A DNA stretch of 64,000 bases from Opitutales bacterium (lineage in GTDB: Bacteria; Verrucomicrobiota; Verrucomicrobiia; Opitutales; UBA2987): positions 544,001 to 608,000 of the forward strand of contig CBDDEL010000014.1 of the NCBI GenBank assembly GCA_965226885.1. Reading direction: 5' to 3'. This document shows positions 10,689-21,720 of the stretch, piece by piece. A program made the translations under genes and the position numbers. The first letter of the stretch is position 1; every line of letters starts with the position of its first letter. The notes under the pieces were generated by a model, which searched no databases, was not told where the DNA came from, and saw nothing but the letters and a program-made list of their open reading frames with translations.

Positions 10689-12080
10689 TTAGAGATTCCA
10701 GTGTTGCGGGTAGGCTTCCCGGTAAGTGATTTTGGCACAATAAATCGAACAACTGTCTTTTTCCTCATCGTTGATGGCTGGAAACACCCACCGCACGGGA
10801 ACGGTATGGACATGATCGCTTTGTGTGCTGACCGCGCTGACGCGATGGATGAGGTATTGGGTTTTCCCATTGTGAAAGAGCAGTTTGCACATGTCTGCCT
10901 TGGGTCTGGCTTCCTTTCTGAAGGGCAAACCCGCTTTCACCGTATCGAAAACGACGCGTTGATTGGAGGCCTCAAATTTATTATCCGGGTCGATATTCCA
11001 GCAATAAAGCGGATCCCAGCGGTTTTCATAGGGCGACACTTCGCAATCGCTGGAAAAGAGCCTGAGGACGCCGTCCGGGCACCTGTAAACGGTTTTGGGG
11101 GATTTGACGCCGGGAAACTCCTTGTAAATCGGTTCTGGAGGTTTGGCAAAGGGATCGTCCATGCGCAGCCATTTCAATCCTTTTCTGTAACTGACGTGAT
11201 CGACGACGTAATCGGTGCGAATCGAGCACACCCAGGAACCATTGTAGGGGGCCAGGCTGGCATCGGACAGGTGTTCATGCCCGAGAAAAAGGTAGTGCCC
11301 CGTCTCCACCCATTCATAGACCCCCTTTTCTTCATGGAAACGAAACTTAAGCGGCGCAAAACGGGCGCCATAGAAATGATTGCACATGACCCATTCGGTG
11401 CATTCCGGGTTAAAAGGAACAGGAGGCGTGTAGCCCTGCACCATGTGGACGGCATTCTCAGCGCTGCAAAAATCAGGCCCCTCATCTCCGTAACCGAGCT
11501 GCCGCAGTTGCCGGTTTTCCCGTAGAAACTCGATATCGTTTCCATCATCGTTCAGCCTTACTTGCGCCCATTCGGTGCTTGATGATCGTCTGTGTATATC
11601 GGGATCGATGTTGGTGCCTTCTGTCACATTAGTCTCGGGGTCAAACTCCCGGGCCACCATACGCCATAGCAGGACGAAGACATTGGCGCTTTCCGCTGGC
11701 TTGCCCCCGATATCCGCTCCCTTGGGTACCCCGAAAACGCAGGGGTGGCCATGCTGCTTGACGAATCGCCGGCCGTTGCCCAGAGCATCCCAATCGTTTA
11801 GGGTAGGCTGCATCATAGCTTCCTTGATGAGCCTGCCATGCGGGGTGTTTTCCCTGATTTGGTAAACGATGCTGGTGTCGTCGTCGGTCCCGCGAAACAT
11901 GCGTGTGGCGTATAAAATCAACCAGCGATTCTCGCTCAACTGAATTCCGCTGGGATGGGCCGGCACGACGTCGTCACTTCTCCGTTCACCCTCCAATCCG
12001 CATTCAGGAATCAATTTTCCGAGATGGTCGATTCGTTCAATTCCGTCAACTGGTGAATTAGTTGAAATGGATTCATTCAT
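10689..12080 (-). CDS. Hypothetical protein, possibly a beta-propeller carbohydrate-active enzyme
   Basis: 463-aa intact ORF at the head of the minus-strand cluster; no decisive motif. Confidence 0.55.
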   Translation of the reverse strand: MNESISTNSPVDGIERIDHLGKLIPECGLEGERRSDDVVPAHPSGIQLSENRWLILYATRMFRGTDDDTSIVYQIRENTPHGRLIKEAMMQPTLNDWDALGNGRRFVKQHGHPCVFGVPKGADIGGKPAESANVFVLLWRMVAREFDPETNVTEGTNIDPDIHRRSSSTEWAQVRLNDDGNDIEFLRENRQLRQLGYGDEGPDFCSAENAVHMVQGYTPPVPFNPECTEWVMCNHFYGARFAPLKFRFHEEKGVYEWVETGHYLFLGHEHLSDASLAPYNGSWVCSIRTDYVVDHVSYRKGLKWLRMDDPFAKPPEPIYKEFPGVKSPKTVYRCPDGVLRLFSSDCEVSPYENRWDPLYCWNIDPDNKFEASNQRVVFDTVKAGLPFRKEARPKADMCKLLFHNGKTQYLIHRVSAVSTQSDHVHTVPVRWVFPAINDEEKDSCSIYCAKITYREAYPQHWNL

Positions 12081-12621
12081 TGTTTTTACGATCTGAAACG
12101 CAGGTTTTTAAAAGCTGGCTTTGGCTCGATTTACAGGCATCAACGAGCAATTCAAAGGATGCCGGATACCAATATTGCGTAATCCGTAATGGGATTGTTG
12201 CGTGAATCCCTGGATTTTATATTTTCCTGCAGAGCGGAAGTCTTCGACATAGAGGTTCGAGCGCAAAATGATTAGAATTGTATTAATATGCATTAAATAT
12301 TGTATCAATAATGTAAATAGCTTTATTTTCCCGAGCCGATTATAAGTCAATTATTTATTTTTCAGAGACAAATTTATGATAACCGATTCTCCCCTTGCTC
12401 AAAGAAAAAGGCTTCACCCACCTCCATTACCACCGTGGGGGCAAACGGATCACCGTTCCCCTCGAAGGCTAACACTAGCAAAGAAGTCAATGTTCATAAT
12501 TTATATTGGAACTGCTGACGTTTACGAAACAAGGTAGCCTACCGGCCTATCAGGCATGTTAATTATAGCGCATTATTGGGAGGGCCCGCACACTGAATTT
12601 TAGTAATAAGAATTATGAACG

Positions 12622-12899
12622 TTGACTTCTTTGATTCACCCTCACCGTAATTCGGCTATGAGTGATTATTTATGCAAAGGGTATGCCATCGTATCGAACG
12701 GTGAATTTGGCAGATATCGCGGTATTGATCGAAATTCGTTTGAGCCGGTAATTCTCGAACAAGATGTCGATACTTTGGCATTCGATACCGGGACGAATTT
12801 AACTGTTTCTAATTTTATAAGCGAAGAATGGAGAAAGGAAGCAGGTCGAAATTTTGAAAAAAATGAACTGAACGATTATGAAGACATATATCTAATTTG
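12622..12899 (+). pseudogene. ORF fragment truncated by IS1
   Basis: Open frame runs into the IS1 terminus at 12900. Confidence 0.35.
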
Positions 12900-13701
12900 G
12901 GTAGTGTATTAAGTAGGAATGGTGGCTAATTCTTGATTATATTGATGAATGAAAAGTCTCAGACAGGTTTCATGCATACTCTTAAGCTTGGAAAAGGAGA
13001 GGGTTTTGCGTGTGAAACGACCCAGTCGTTGGCGCAGGGTATTGTTCCATCGTTCCACATGGGCCGTTTCACCGGTTTCTTTTCCCACGGATCGGTTATG
13101 AGGAAAGACTTCATCATAAGTGCTCCAAAAGTCGCTGTAGGTGGCACATCTTTTGTAGGCCCGTGGCAGACGCTCGTAAAGTTCCCGGCAACGATACCAA
13201 TCCCGAGGCCCAATGGCATAGGAGAGGATTTGACGGGTGCGTCGGCAAAGAGCGATCCAAACCCATTGGGCATCGCTCTTGCGCCCCACAAAAGACCACA
13301 GTTCGTCCAGTTCAATGACATCATGGCGGCGGGCCGCAAGAATCGTGCTTTTGAGCGGTCGCAGCGATTGTCGTTTTTTTTAACCAACTCAAAACGGTGT
13401 TGGGACTCACCCCGAAGGCGCGCTGTAAACCGCGTAGACTGCTGCGTTCCTGATAGACTCGAAGGATCATTTCTTTTTGCTCTTCGGTGTATTTCACTGT
13501 GGGGTTTTCGCGGCTTTGTTTACCACAATCATGGCAGCGGTAGCGCTGTTTATGGTTGGGCGTCTTGCCAAATTTAATGATATTTTCACTTCCACAGTGC
13601 CGACAATTAATAATTTTAGTAACCATGCACTAAGAATAAACTGCCTAACGCTATTTGTACAGCTAAAAATACAAAATAACATTCTTTTTTTATACACTAC
13701 C
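12900..13701 (-). mobile_element. IS1-family element type A (insA 13321-13626, insB ~12909-13340)
   Basis: GGTAGTGTAT terminal IRs; InsA zinc finger CxxC..CxxC; A-run frameshift site; no target duplication. Confidence 0.93.
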
Positions 13702-14389
13702 CAAAAATTGAATAATGTAAATCGATTGTATTATCTATTATATGCTTCAGAAAATGGTTTTAATATTGATGACGAGCAAAACCAGAAAATTTTTGAGGCG
13801 GTAGTTAATATCCTAAGCCCCAATTCAGAGTGGTTGGAAGTAAATAAAATATCAGGAGTTGTTCAGCCTAATAATGCAGCGGGAGTTGTGATATCTTTTA
13901 ATTCAAGAAATATTTCATCCGGAACTTACGAAGCAATCCTCCAAATCGATACCAACGATCCGAGTAATAGAGATTTATCACTCCCGATAACAGTTACTGT
14001 GCAAGATCCGATAGCTCAAGACATTGTTGTTTCGCCTTTACAATTAAATTTCGGTCAATTGACCTCAGAAGCTTCAAGCAGTATTCCATTGACAATAACA
14101 AACTCTGGAGAAGATTTTCTCCATATATCAAACGTGTCCCTTGAAGGTGTTGATTTTTCTTTGGATAACGCCGGAGATATTCGGCTCGATAATGGAGAAA
14201 GCACTCAAATATTTGTTACCTTTAATCCCTGGTCGCAAGGAGAGTTCAACGGCACTATAACGATTCACAGTAATGATACGGAAACTCCGGAAATTACTGT
14301 CGGATTGAACGGATCAGGTCTGGTTCCCGACGGTTCGGTCACAACTGACGAATTAAATATTACATTGGAAAAAAGCCTGATCGGCTTAG
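13702..14389 (+). pseudogene. Internal fragment of an Ig-like repeat (choice-of-anchor D/ASH-type) surface protein
   Basis: IVVSPLQLNFG..LTITNSG..L.IS.V..F.P...G.F.G.ITIHSND..V.L.GSG; bounded by IS1 and IS1380. Confidence 0.65.
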
Positions 14390-17094
14390 CCCGGATATTT
14401 CATGAAGGGTAAAGTTTGGCTCGTTATTGCTATTGGAGATGGATTTCTTTGTATTTTGAGCAGATCGTCTTGATTTTTAGGTGTTTTTCAGGGTGTAGAG
14501 ACACTGCCCCCTTTCCCTCATTGGTTCGGTAGTGCCGGGGGCAGCACCAATGCACCCTTTAGGTTGGCACCAATCGGCGGGCCGCATGGTTGAAAAGACT
14601 GGCCCAAGGATAACTCTCACTTAGGTGAAAGTGAATCGTTCGGGTGTTGCGCACGATGACCGCTCCGATCTTGATTAATTTGAGCCGCAGGGTGTGGCAT
14701 TGGGCCCGCGCCCACTTCGTCCCTTTTAAGGCTAACCGGCGCATGGCTTCCATCAAGGTGTAGGCCAGCGCCGACAAGAGCAATCGCCACTGATTGGCCC
14801 ACCATTGATGGGCGCTGGTGCGCTCGCTGAACAATTGCATCTGTTCCTTGATTCGGTTCTCCATTTCACCGCGGCCACAGTATACCTTGTCGTAAAGCTC
14901 CTGGGGATCGCCCGGCAGGTTCGTCACCACGAAGCGCGGGTTGGACCCCTGTGCGGTGTGTTCGGCTTTATGGATGACCAACCGCAGCCATCGCCACGAA
15001 TCGGCAGCATAGACGAAGTCCTGGAATAACCGTTGTTTTTTACCCCTTAGTTCGAACCATTCTTTGGCCTGCTTTTGCAACTGCTGGGCGTCTTGCTGCA
15101 AGCGTGCATTGCGAGCCATCCCCACGATGTAACTATTAATCCGGCAAATAAATAGTGACATATCAATAACTTATGCTAAAGTAGGTTCATGAATAGGAAT
15201 GATGCGCGTTCACTAAGCGAAGAGACTATATATGAGTTGAGGTGTCGGGCGGTGGATCTGAAAAGAGAGGGTTGCACTTATGAAGAGGTTTCCGTGGTTT
15301 TAAAGGTATCGATCAGCGCTGTGCGCAAATGGTGGGCCCTTTACCGAAATGGAGGGCCAAAAGCCCTGCGGCTTGGACAACGGGGCCGTCGGCAGGGCCA
15401 ATGTCGAAGATTGAGCTCCCAACAAGAGCGCATGGTGTGCCGAATGATTACCGATAAGAGGACCCGACCAGCTTAAGATGCCCTTTGCCCTGTGGACGCG
15501 CCAAGCGGTGCAAGAGTTGATTGAAAGGCAGTTTGCTTTGAAGATGCCGATCCGCACGGTGGGCGAGTATCTTCGCCGTTGGGGTTTCACTCCACAAAAA
15601 CCTCGAAGACAAGCCTATGAGCAGCAGCCTGAGGCGATTAAGAAGTGGCTTGATCAAACTTACCCGGCCATCGAAGCCAGAGCCAAAGCGCAACAGGCCC
15701 AAATCCACTGGGGAGATGAAACCGGCATCAGTAGCGAAGATCATCGGGGAAGAGGTTATGCTCCGCGCGGTAAAACGCCAGTTGCCAAACGCAGTGCGCG
15801 TCGTTTTAGCACGAGCATGATCTCGACTATAACCAACCGTGGAAAGCTGCGTTTCATGGTTTACAAGGGAGCCTTGAATGTGGAACTGTTTATCAAATTT
15901 CTGCGCCAGTTAATCAAAGGAGCCAAACGGAAAATCTTTCTCATTGTGGACAATCTGAGAGTGCATCATGCTAAAAAAGTAACCGGTTGGATTGAAGCCC
16001 ACCGCGATAGGATCGAGATTTTTTATCTACCATCTTACAGTCCCGAATTGAACCCCGATGAGTATTTGAATAACACGGTCAAAGCCAACTTGAAGAACCT
16101 GCCGGCCCCGCGCAGCCAAATTGAGTTGCAGGGAAGTCTGCGAACCCACCTGCGCAGCAGGCAACGAAAACCAATTTTGATTAAAAAACTCTTCCATCAT
16201 CGGGATGTTCAATACGCCGCTTAACTGTTACTATTCGCCGCTTAACTGTTACTATTCAATTGCCGGATTAATAACTTCGTTGCGGTCGCACCAAGAGAGT
16301 ATCCGGTCTCGACAAAATCCACTGTCGGCGCGCCAAATAATCCGCGTACGGGGCCAGCTTTGGCGAATCCGTTTAACCAGCAATTTGAGGATGGCCCCGG
16401 CATGCTTGCTGGCATCGATCTTGCTCGGCCGCAGGTAGGCCACCAGCAGCTGATCACCGCAAAAAACATATAGCGGCAGAAAACAGTAATGATCATAATA
16501 ACCGTGGAAAAAACGTCCCTCCTGGAGCCCGTGCACCGGATTGTCGGTGGCGTCAAAGTCCAGGATGATCTCTTCGGGTTCCTCGGCAAAGGAGCCCATG
16601 AACTGTTCGACCAACAGCTCGTTTACCGCAAAGGCCGCCCGCCGATCCTGCCCGTTTTCAAAACGACACAAAGTCGGCGCGCTGGCCAACGTTTCAATGC
16701 GCCCCGTTACCGTTTGCAACAATGGATCGTGGCGCAGGGTATCAAAGTCGTTCAAATCCTCATAGCCCGCCACCAGCCCGTAAACGCGCTGCCGCAGCAT
16801 CCCCAATACCTCATGGCGTACTTTGCCCTTCTGCCGTTTGTCCACTAACTGTCGGGCCGCTCGTTCGGTCAAGCCCAACTGCCGATCCACTTCCCGGATC
16901 AAAAGCAGTCCGGCATCCGAAGTAACCTCTCCGCCCTTGAAATCAACCCGCACACGGCGGCCTTTTACCCTTGTCAACTGTAGCTTTAATTGTTTACCTT
17001 TTGTCATCGCTGATATTGCTTTAATTATTGATCTATCCTGCTGTATATCAGCAGTTAAGCATATCAACGATACTTTTTTTACGAAATATCCGGG
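14390..17094 (-). mobile_element. IS1380-family element copy 1, interrupted by IS630 type A
   Basis: CCCGGATATTTC IRs; transposase split into 16272-17007 and 14559-15135; flanks TTAG / CTAG. Confidence 0.95.
15136..16271 (+). mobile_element. IS630 type A copy 2 with frameshifted transposase
   Basis: TA duplicated; one extra G near 15460 versus the other copies; 21-bp tandem duplication at 16215-16256. Confidence 0.95.
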
Positions 17095-17429
17095 CTAGCC
17101 GCACTTGCCTTTTTAAAAATTGTCTTAATTTTATTATCATTTGTCTTAACATAGTATCCTCCAGACTCTGGAGTGTCACTTTTCTCATTGGTTTTTACAA
17201 GCGGATATTGTCAATGCCATTTGGCGTAAATGGCGTAAAACAATATTATATTACCCCGAAAATATAACCCGGCAAGGACATATCGGGACTTACCCTGACT
17301 TATTATGAAGACTTAAACTTGACTGAAGTTACTCTTATCCAAAGAGTTAAATGCTCTCAACAAACAGCGATATATTTTGAACTGAAGACAGTTGCTTATT
17401 AAAAACCCGATAACCTATTTCTTTTTCAT

Positions 17430-17490
17430 GCTTAACGCTGGAACTCAGCCGTGGGCGCGTGCGGACGTTTGTTGCAGAGTATGGTTAGAG
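17430..17490 (-). other. Degenerate integron attC-like site
   Basis: Minus strand CTCTAAC-CATAC-TCTGCAAC...GGCTGAG-TTCCAGC-GTTAAGC, followed immediately by ATG. Confidence 0.5.
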
Positions 17491-17534
17491 TCCAGTCAGG
17501 AATCCAATATTTTTTTATGCCCTCGCCTAGGGTT

Positions 17535-17693
17535 TTAATCCTTGCTTACATCGCTCGGTGCGTTCTCCCCTTGCTGCTTTGGTTGGGTTTCGTCTGGTTT
17601 CTTGTAATCACCAATGACGCCTTTCAGCGGACAGGCTTTGAAGGCTGGACATTTCTTGCAGCCGACTACTAATGCAATAGGGCATATTGTCAT
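17535..17693 (-). CDS. Small Cys-rich protein (52 aa)
   Basis: MTICPIALVVGCKKCPAFKACPLKGVIGDY, preceded by strong SD AAGGAGG. Confidence 0.7.
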   Translation of the reverse strand: MTICPIALVVGCKKCPAFKACPLKGVIGDYKKPDETQPKQQGENAPSDVSKD

Positions 17694-17957
17694 TCTCAAT
17701 TCCTCCTTATTAAGTGCTTGGCGGGGACACGCTCTGCGCGTTCTATCATAACATATTTCATATTGAAAGCAGGGCCTGCACAGCCAATGATGGGGCACGA
17801 TAAATTTTTAGCCGAAATTTGCAAGAAAATCTGTAATTCTTTGACTGAGAAGTGGATTTATCGGTTTTCCGCAATTTAGAGCCCATTTTTAATGATTCTT
17901 GGACGCTTCATTCGGTAGCGGTAAATCTACATCATCCAGTATCCAGCATCCTGAGAA

Positions 17958-17975
17958 TGTTACCGACTGGTGACA
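17958..17975. promoter_or_regulatory. Near-palindromic candidate operator upstream of the BMC operon
   Basis: TGTTACC-GACT-GGTGACA, ~130 bp before the first start codon. Confidence 0.3.
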
Positions 17976-18103
17976 AATTCGTCATACTTGGGAGTAATTT
18001 TTTGCAAAGTCACACTACATAGCGCTAAATAACGGCCAAATCGGGTCTGACGGCATAAACGCGTTGACCCTTTTCGGTGGGTGGAGGATATTGAAAATTC
18101 TTA

Positions 18104-19378
18104 ATGAGGAAGCACTACAGAATCGCGCTGGGGGGAGACCACGGTGGATTTGAATTGAAACAGGACCTTTTGGCCTATGCCCTGACCAGGGGCCATCATG
18201 TGCGCGATTGCGGAACTCATGGAAAAACTCCGGTCGATTATCCGGATATTGCCAAAAAAGTCGCCGGGATGGTGGCTTCCGGCGATTGCGATTTTGGGGT
18301 CCTAGTCGATGGCGCGGGCATTGGCTCGGCCATGGCAGCAAACAAAGTGCCGGGCATCCTGGCGGCGGCCTGTTATAATGAAGCGCTGGCCCGGAATTCA
18401 CGCCAACACAACGGCGCCAATGTCCTCACACTCGGGTCTGGCCAAACCAACATTTATGAGGCCAAAAAAATACTGGACGCTTTTCTGGAAACCGAATGCA
18501 AGGAAGAAAGGCATCTGCGGCGGGTGCAGCTTATCCGCGATATTGAGAGGGGAAATTATTCAACGACCGCAGCCATCGCGGAAACGGACAGTATCCTGGG
18601 AAAGCAGGAAATTCATCCCCACGACCTTGAGCGTATATCCCGCCGGGTGCAGGAATTAACCAGTGGCAATCCACCAGCGCAGGGCAACGGCGCATTTATC
18701 GGCCCGGACGAGATTGCCCAAATGATCGACCACACCATTTTGAAACCGGAGGCGTCTCTGGGAGACGTCCAAAAACTGAGTGAAGAAGCCAGGCAGTACC
18801 ACTTTTACTCTGTTTGTGTGAACCCCATCTATGCCCGCCAAGCCAAAGCCGCCCTGACCGGGACCGACGTTAAAGTTTGCTGTGTGGTGGGGTTTCCTCT
18901 GGGGGCCAATCCGCCGGAAACCAAGGCCATGGAAGCCCGCCGGGCCATCCGCGAAGGGGCCGGGGAAATCGACATGGTGATCAATGTGGGGGCCATGAAA
19001 AGCGGGAATGAGGATCTCGTATTGAAAGATATCCGCGCTGTGGCCGAGGCCTGTCGCGATGGCAGTGCCCTGCTCAAGGTGATTCTGGAAACCAGTCTTT
19101 TAACGGACCGGGAAAAAGTCCGGGTTTGTGAGTTGGCGATGAAAGCGGGGGCTGATTTTGTTAAGACCTCCACCGGTTTCGGTTCCGCCGGGGCCACGGT
19201 GGAAGATATCGCCCTGATGGCCAAAACAGTGGCGCAAAAAAAACTGGGAGTAAAAGCTTCCGGGGGAGTGCGCACCTATGAAGACGCGGTCAAAATGATT
19301 CGGGCAGGAGCCACCCGCATCGGCGCCAGCAGCGGAATCAAAATCGTCAAAAAAGCCATCGAACTGGCATCGAAATAG
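18104..19378 (+). CDS. rpiB-deoC: RpiB/LacAB-family sugar-phosphate isomerase fused to deoxyribose-phosphate aldolase
   Basis: N-domain DHGG, DYPD, AANKVPG, HNGANVL, RHLRRV; C-domain [40 protein letters not shown]. Confidence 0.95.
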   Translation: MRKHYRIALGGDHGGFELKQDLLAYALTRGHHVRDCGTHGKTPVDYPDIAKKVAGMVASGDCDFGVLVDGAGIGSAMAANKVPGILAAACYNEALARNSRQHNGANVLTLGSGQTNIYEAKKILDAFLETECKEERHLRRVQLIRDIERGNYSTTAAIAETDSILGKQEIHPHDLERISRRVQELTSGNPPAQGNGAFIGPDEIAQMIDHTILKPEASLGDVQKLSEEARQYHFYSVCVNPIYARQAKAALTGTDVKVCCVVGFPLGANPPETKAMEARRAIREGAGEIDMVINVGAMKSGNEDLVLKDIRAVAEACRDGSALLKVILETSLLTDREKVRVCELAMKAGADFVKTSTGFGSAGATVEDIALMAKTVAQKKLGVKASGGVRTYEDAVKMIRAGATRIGASSGIKIVKKAIELASK

Positions 19379-19413
19379 AAAAAAGAAAGACCTAAAAGAA
19401 GGAAAAATATCAC

Positions 19414-20037
19414 ATGGTTGAATTAAGAACCTACACCTTTCTGGACAGCCTGCAGCCGCAGTTTGCCTCGTTTATCGCCACCATTGCGGGAGGCTACTTG
19501 CCGGTTCCCGGCCAGGCTTCACTTTTCATCGAAATATCGCCCGGCATGGAAATCAACCGGGTGACCGATATCGCCTTGAAAGCGACCAACGTCAGGCCGG
19601 GCATGATGATCATTGAGCGGGTTTTTGGAATGCTCGAGGTGCACTCCAATTCCCAGGCCGATGTTCGCCAGGCGGGCGCGGCCATTCTGGAAGCGCTCGA
19701 TCTCAAAGAAGAAGACCGCCTAAAGCCGCATATCTCGACCAGCCAGTTGATCCGCAACATGTCCGATTACCACACCCAATTGATCAACAAGACCCGGCAT
19801 GGAAACATGATATTACCCGGACAAACCCTTTACATTATGGAGGTGGCCCCGGCCGGTTATGCCGCCATTGCGGCCAATGAGGCGGAAAAAGCGGCCAATA
19901 TCAATATCCTCGAGGTCAGGACCTTCGGCTCATTCGGGCGTTTCTACCTGGGGGGTGACGAGGCCGACATGGAAGTCGGTTACAAAGCGGCCGAACAAGC
20001 CATCAAGGATATCGATGGCCGGGAAATGAAACGCTAG
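19414..20037 (+). CDS. BMC-T shell protein, permuted double-stacking type (CcmP/CsoS1D-like)
   Basis: ELRTYTFLDSLQPQFASF, D.ALKAT, ERVFGMLEVH, AANEAEKAA, GSFGRFYL. Confidence 0.9.
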   Translation: MVELRTYTFLDSLQPQFASFIATIAGGYLPVPGQASLFIEISPGMEINRVTDIALKATNVRPGMMIIERVFGMLEVHSNSQADVRQAGAAILEALDLKEEDRLKPHISTSQLIRNMSDYHTQLINKTRHGNMILPGQTLYIMEVAPAGYAAIAANEAEKAANINILEVRTFGSFGRFYLGGDEADMEVGYKAAEQAIKDIDGREMKR

Positions 20038-20109
20038 AAAATCGAATTTTTGTTATTCAAATCAATACTGCACAAAAAACTTAAACAACCTATTGGAGAA
20101 TAAAATAAT

Positions 20110-20409
20110 ATGGCAGAAGCATTAGGAATGGTGGAAACAAGATCGTTTGCCGCAGCCGTGGAAGCGGGCGACGCGATGGTAAAGGCTGCCAAGGTGGATC
20201 TCGTTTCTTACGAGAAAACCGGCGGCGGCTACATAACGGTAATAGTCAGAGGCGACGTCGCCTCGGTTAAAGCATCCTGCGATGCCGGGCAGGTCGCCGG
20301 CTCCCGGGTAGGAGAAGTGGTCGCCGTGCACGTGATCCCGCGCCCGCACGCCAATATCGATCAGGTTCTGCCGCTGGGCCGCACTCCGCGGGCCGGAAGC
20401 AAAAAATAA
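20110..20409 (+). CDS. BMC-H hexamer shell protein (EutM/PduA/CcmK family)
   Basis: [26 protein letters not shown]. Confidence 0.97.
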   Translation: MAEALGMVETRSFAAAVEAGDAMVKAAKVDLVSYEKTGGGYITVIVRGDVASVKASCDAGQVAGSRVGEVVAVHVIPRPHANIDQVLPLGRTPRAGSKK

Positions 20410-20512
20410 AAAAGTAACCCTCAATTTCCCAGCCGCAGAGAGGGCCCGGGCATTCTGGATCAAGGTCCCCGGCCCCGGCCTCAACCTGTCCGGCTGGATA
20501 TTTTGCATTGCT

Positions 20513-20800
20513 ATGAATCTCGGAAAAGTAGTCGGCACCTTGGTTGCCAGCCAAAAAGTTTCCAGCATGGATGGGCTCAAGCTCCTCCTGGTAAAATACC
20601 TCGATAGCTCCGGCCAGGAAACCGGCGGCCAGGTGGTGGCCGCGGACGCCGTTGGCGCCGGGGTGGAGGAATACGTCCTCATCGCCACCGGCAGTTCCGC
20701 CCGGCAAACAGAAGCCACCGATAACCGACCCTGCGATGCCGTCATCCTGGCCATCGTCGACAGTTGGGAAATCGGTGGGGACATCGTCTATAAAAAATAA
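20513..20800 (+). CDS. BMC-P pentamer (EutN/CcmL)
   Basis: [33 protein letters not shown]. Confidence 0.95.
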   Translation: MNLGKVVGTLVASQKVSSMDGLKLLLVKYLDSSGQETGGQVVAADAVGAGVEEYVLIATGSSARQTEATDNRPCDAVILAIVDSWEIGGDIVYKK

Positions 20801-20826
20801 ATAAATAAAACTTCTATAAGTTGCCC

Positions 20827-21657
20827 ATGCGTTTAACAGATCACGAAATCGAAGCCATCGCCCAAAAAATCGCTTCCAAAACTCCGGCTTCTGGCCGGCG
20901 ACCGATAGTAGTCGGCAATTGGAAGATGCACAAGACGCCCTCCGAGGGCGAGGCCTTGGTGCGGGAATTAGCCGCCCTGGTGCAGACTGCGGATTGTGAA
21001 ATCGGGGTCGCTCCCGCCTTTCCGTGCCTGGAACGAGTGGGCAATGCACTGACTGGGGCCGGATCAAAGGTTTTGCTTTGCGCCCAGAATGCTTATTGGG
21101 AAAAGGAGGGCGCCTATACCGGCGAGGTGGCCATCGGCATGTTGGTCGAGATCGGCGTTACCCACATCATCATCGGCCATAGCGAGCGCAGGCAGTATTT
21201 CGGAGAAACGGATGAGACCGTCAACGGCAGGGCGAAAGCGGTTCTTGAGGCCGGACTGACCTCCATTCTCTGCGTGGGGGAATCCCTTCAGGACCGCGAA
21301 GCCGGATTAACCAATGCCGTGGTCGATCGTCAGGTCAGGGGCGGATTGGCGGGGCTGTCCAGCAGCCAGGTCGCAGGCATGGTGCTTGCCTATGAACCGG
21401 TTTGGGCTATCGGCACGGGCAAGGTGGCCACAGTGGAAGAGGCCCAGGCGGTCCATGCCGTCATTCGCCAACTTCTGACCGAGCTATACGACGAGCCGAC
21501 AGCCGAAGCCGTGCGCATCCAGTACGGAGGCAGCGTGAAACCGGACAACGCCGCCCAACTGCTGGCCCAACCGGACATTGATGGAGCGCTGGTGGGGGGC
21601 GCTGCTTTAAAAGCGACGGATTTCGCCGCCATCTGTTTGGCCGCTGGGAGGCCGTAG
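20827..21657 (+). CDS. tpiA: Triosephosphate isomerase with N-terminal extension
   Basis: [43 protein letters not shown]; extension [16 protein letters not shown]. Confidence 0.97.
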   Translation: MRLTDHEIEAIAQKIASKTPASGRRPIVVGNWKMHKTPSEGEALVRELAALVQTADCEIGVAPAFPCLERVGNALTGAGSKVLLCAQNAYWEKEGAYTGEVAIGMLVEIGVTHIIIGHSERRQYFGETDETVNGRAKAVLEAGLTSILCVGESLQDREAGLTNAVVDRQVRGGLAGLSSSQVAGMVLAYEPVWAIGTGKVATVEEAQAVHAVIRQLLTELYDEPTAEAVRIQYGGSVKPDNAAQLLAQPDIDGALVGGAALKATDFAAICLAAGRP

Positions 21658-21720
21658 TTTTTCCATTGAATATATAAAGAATCAAAATTTCCCGAATATT
21701 CTGCAGGGAGAGATTTCAGG

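Noticed and set aside
10623..11525. Long antisense ORFs (also 21682-22722, 12933-13577, 42695-43450)
   Set aside because: Shadow frames of well-supported genes, with no recognisable motifs.
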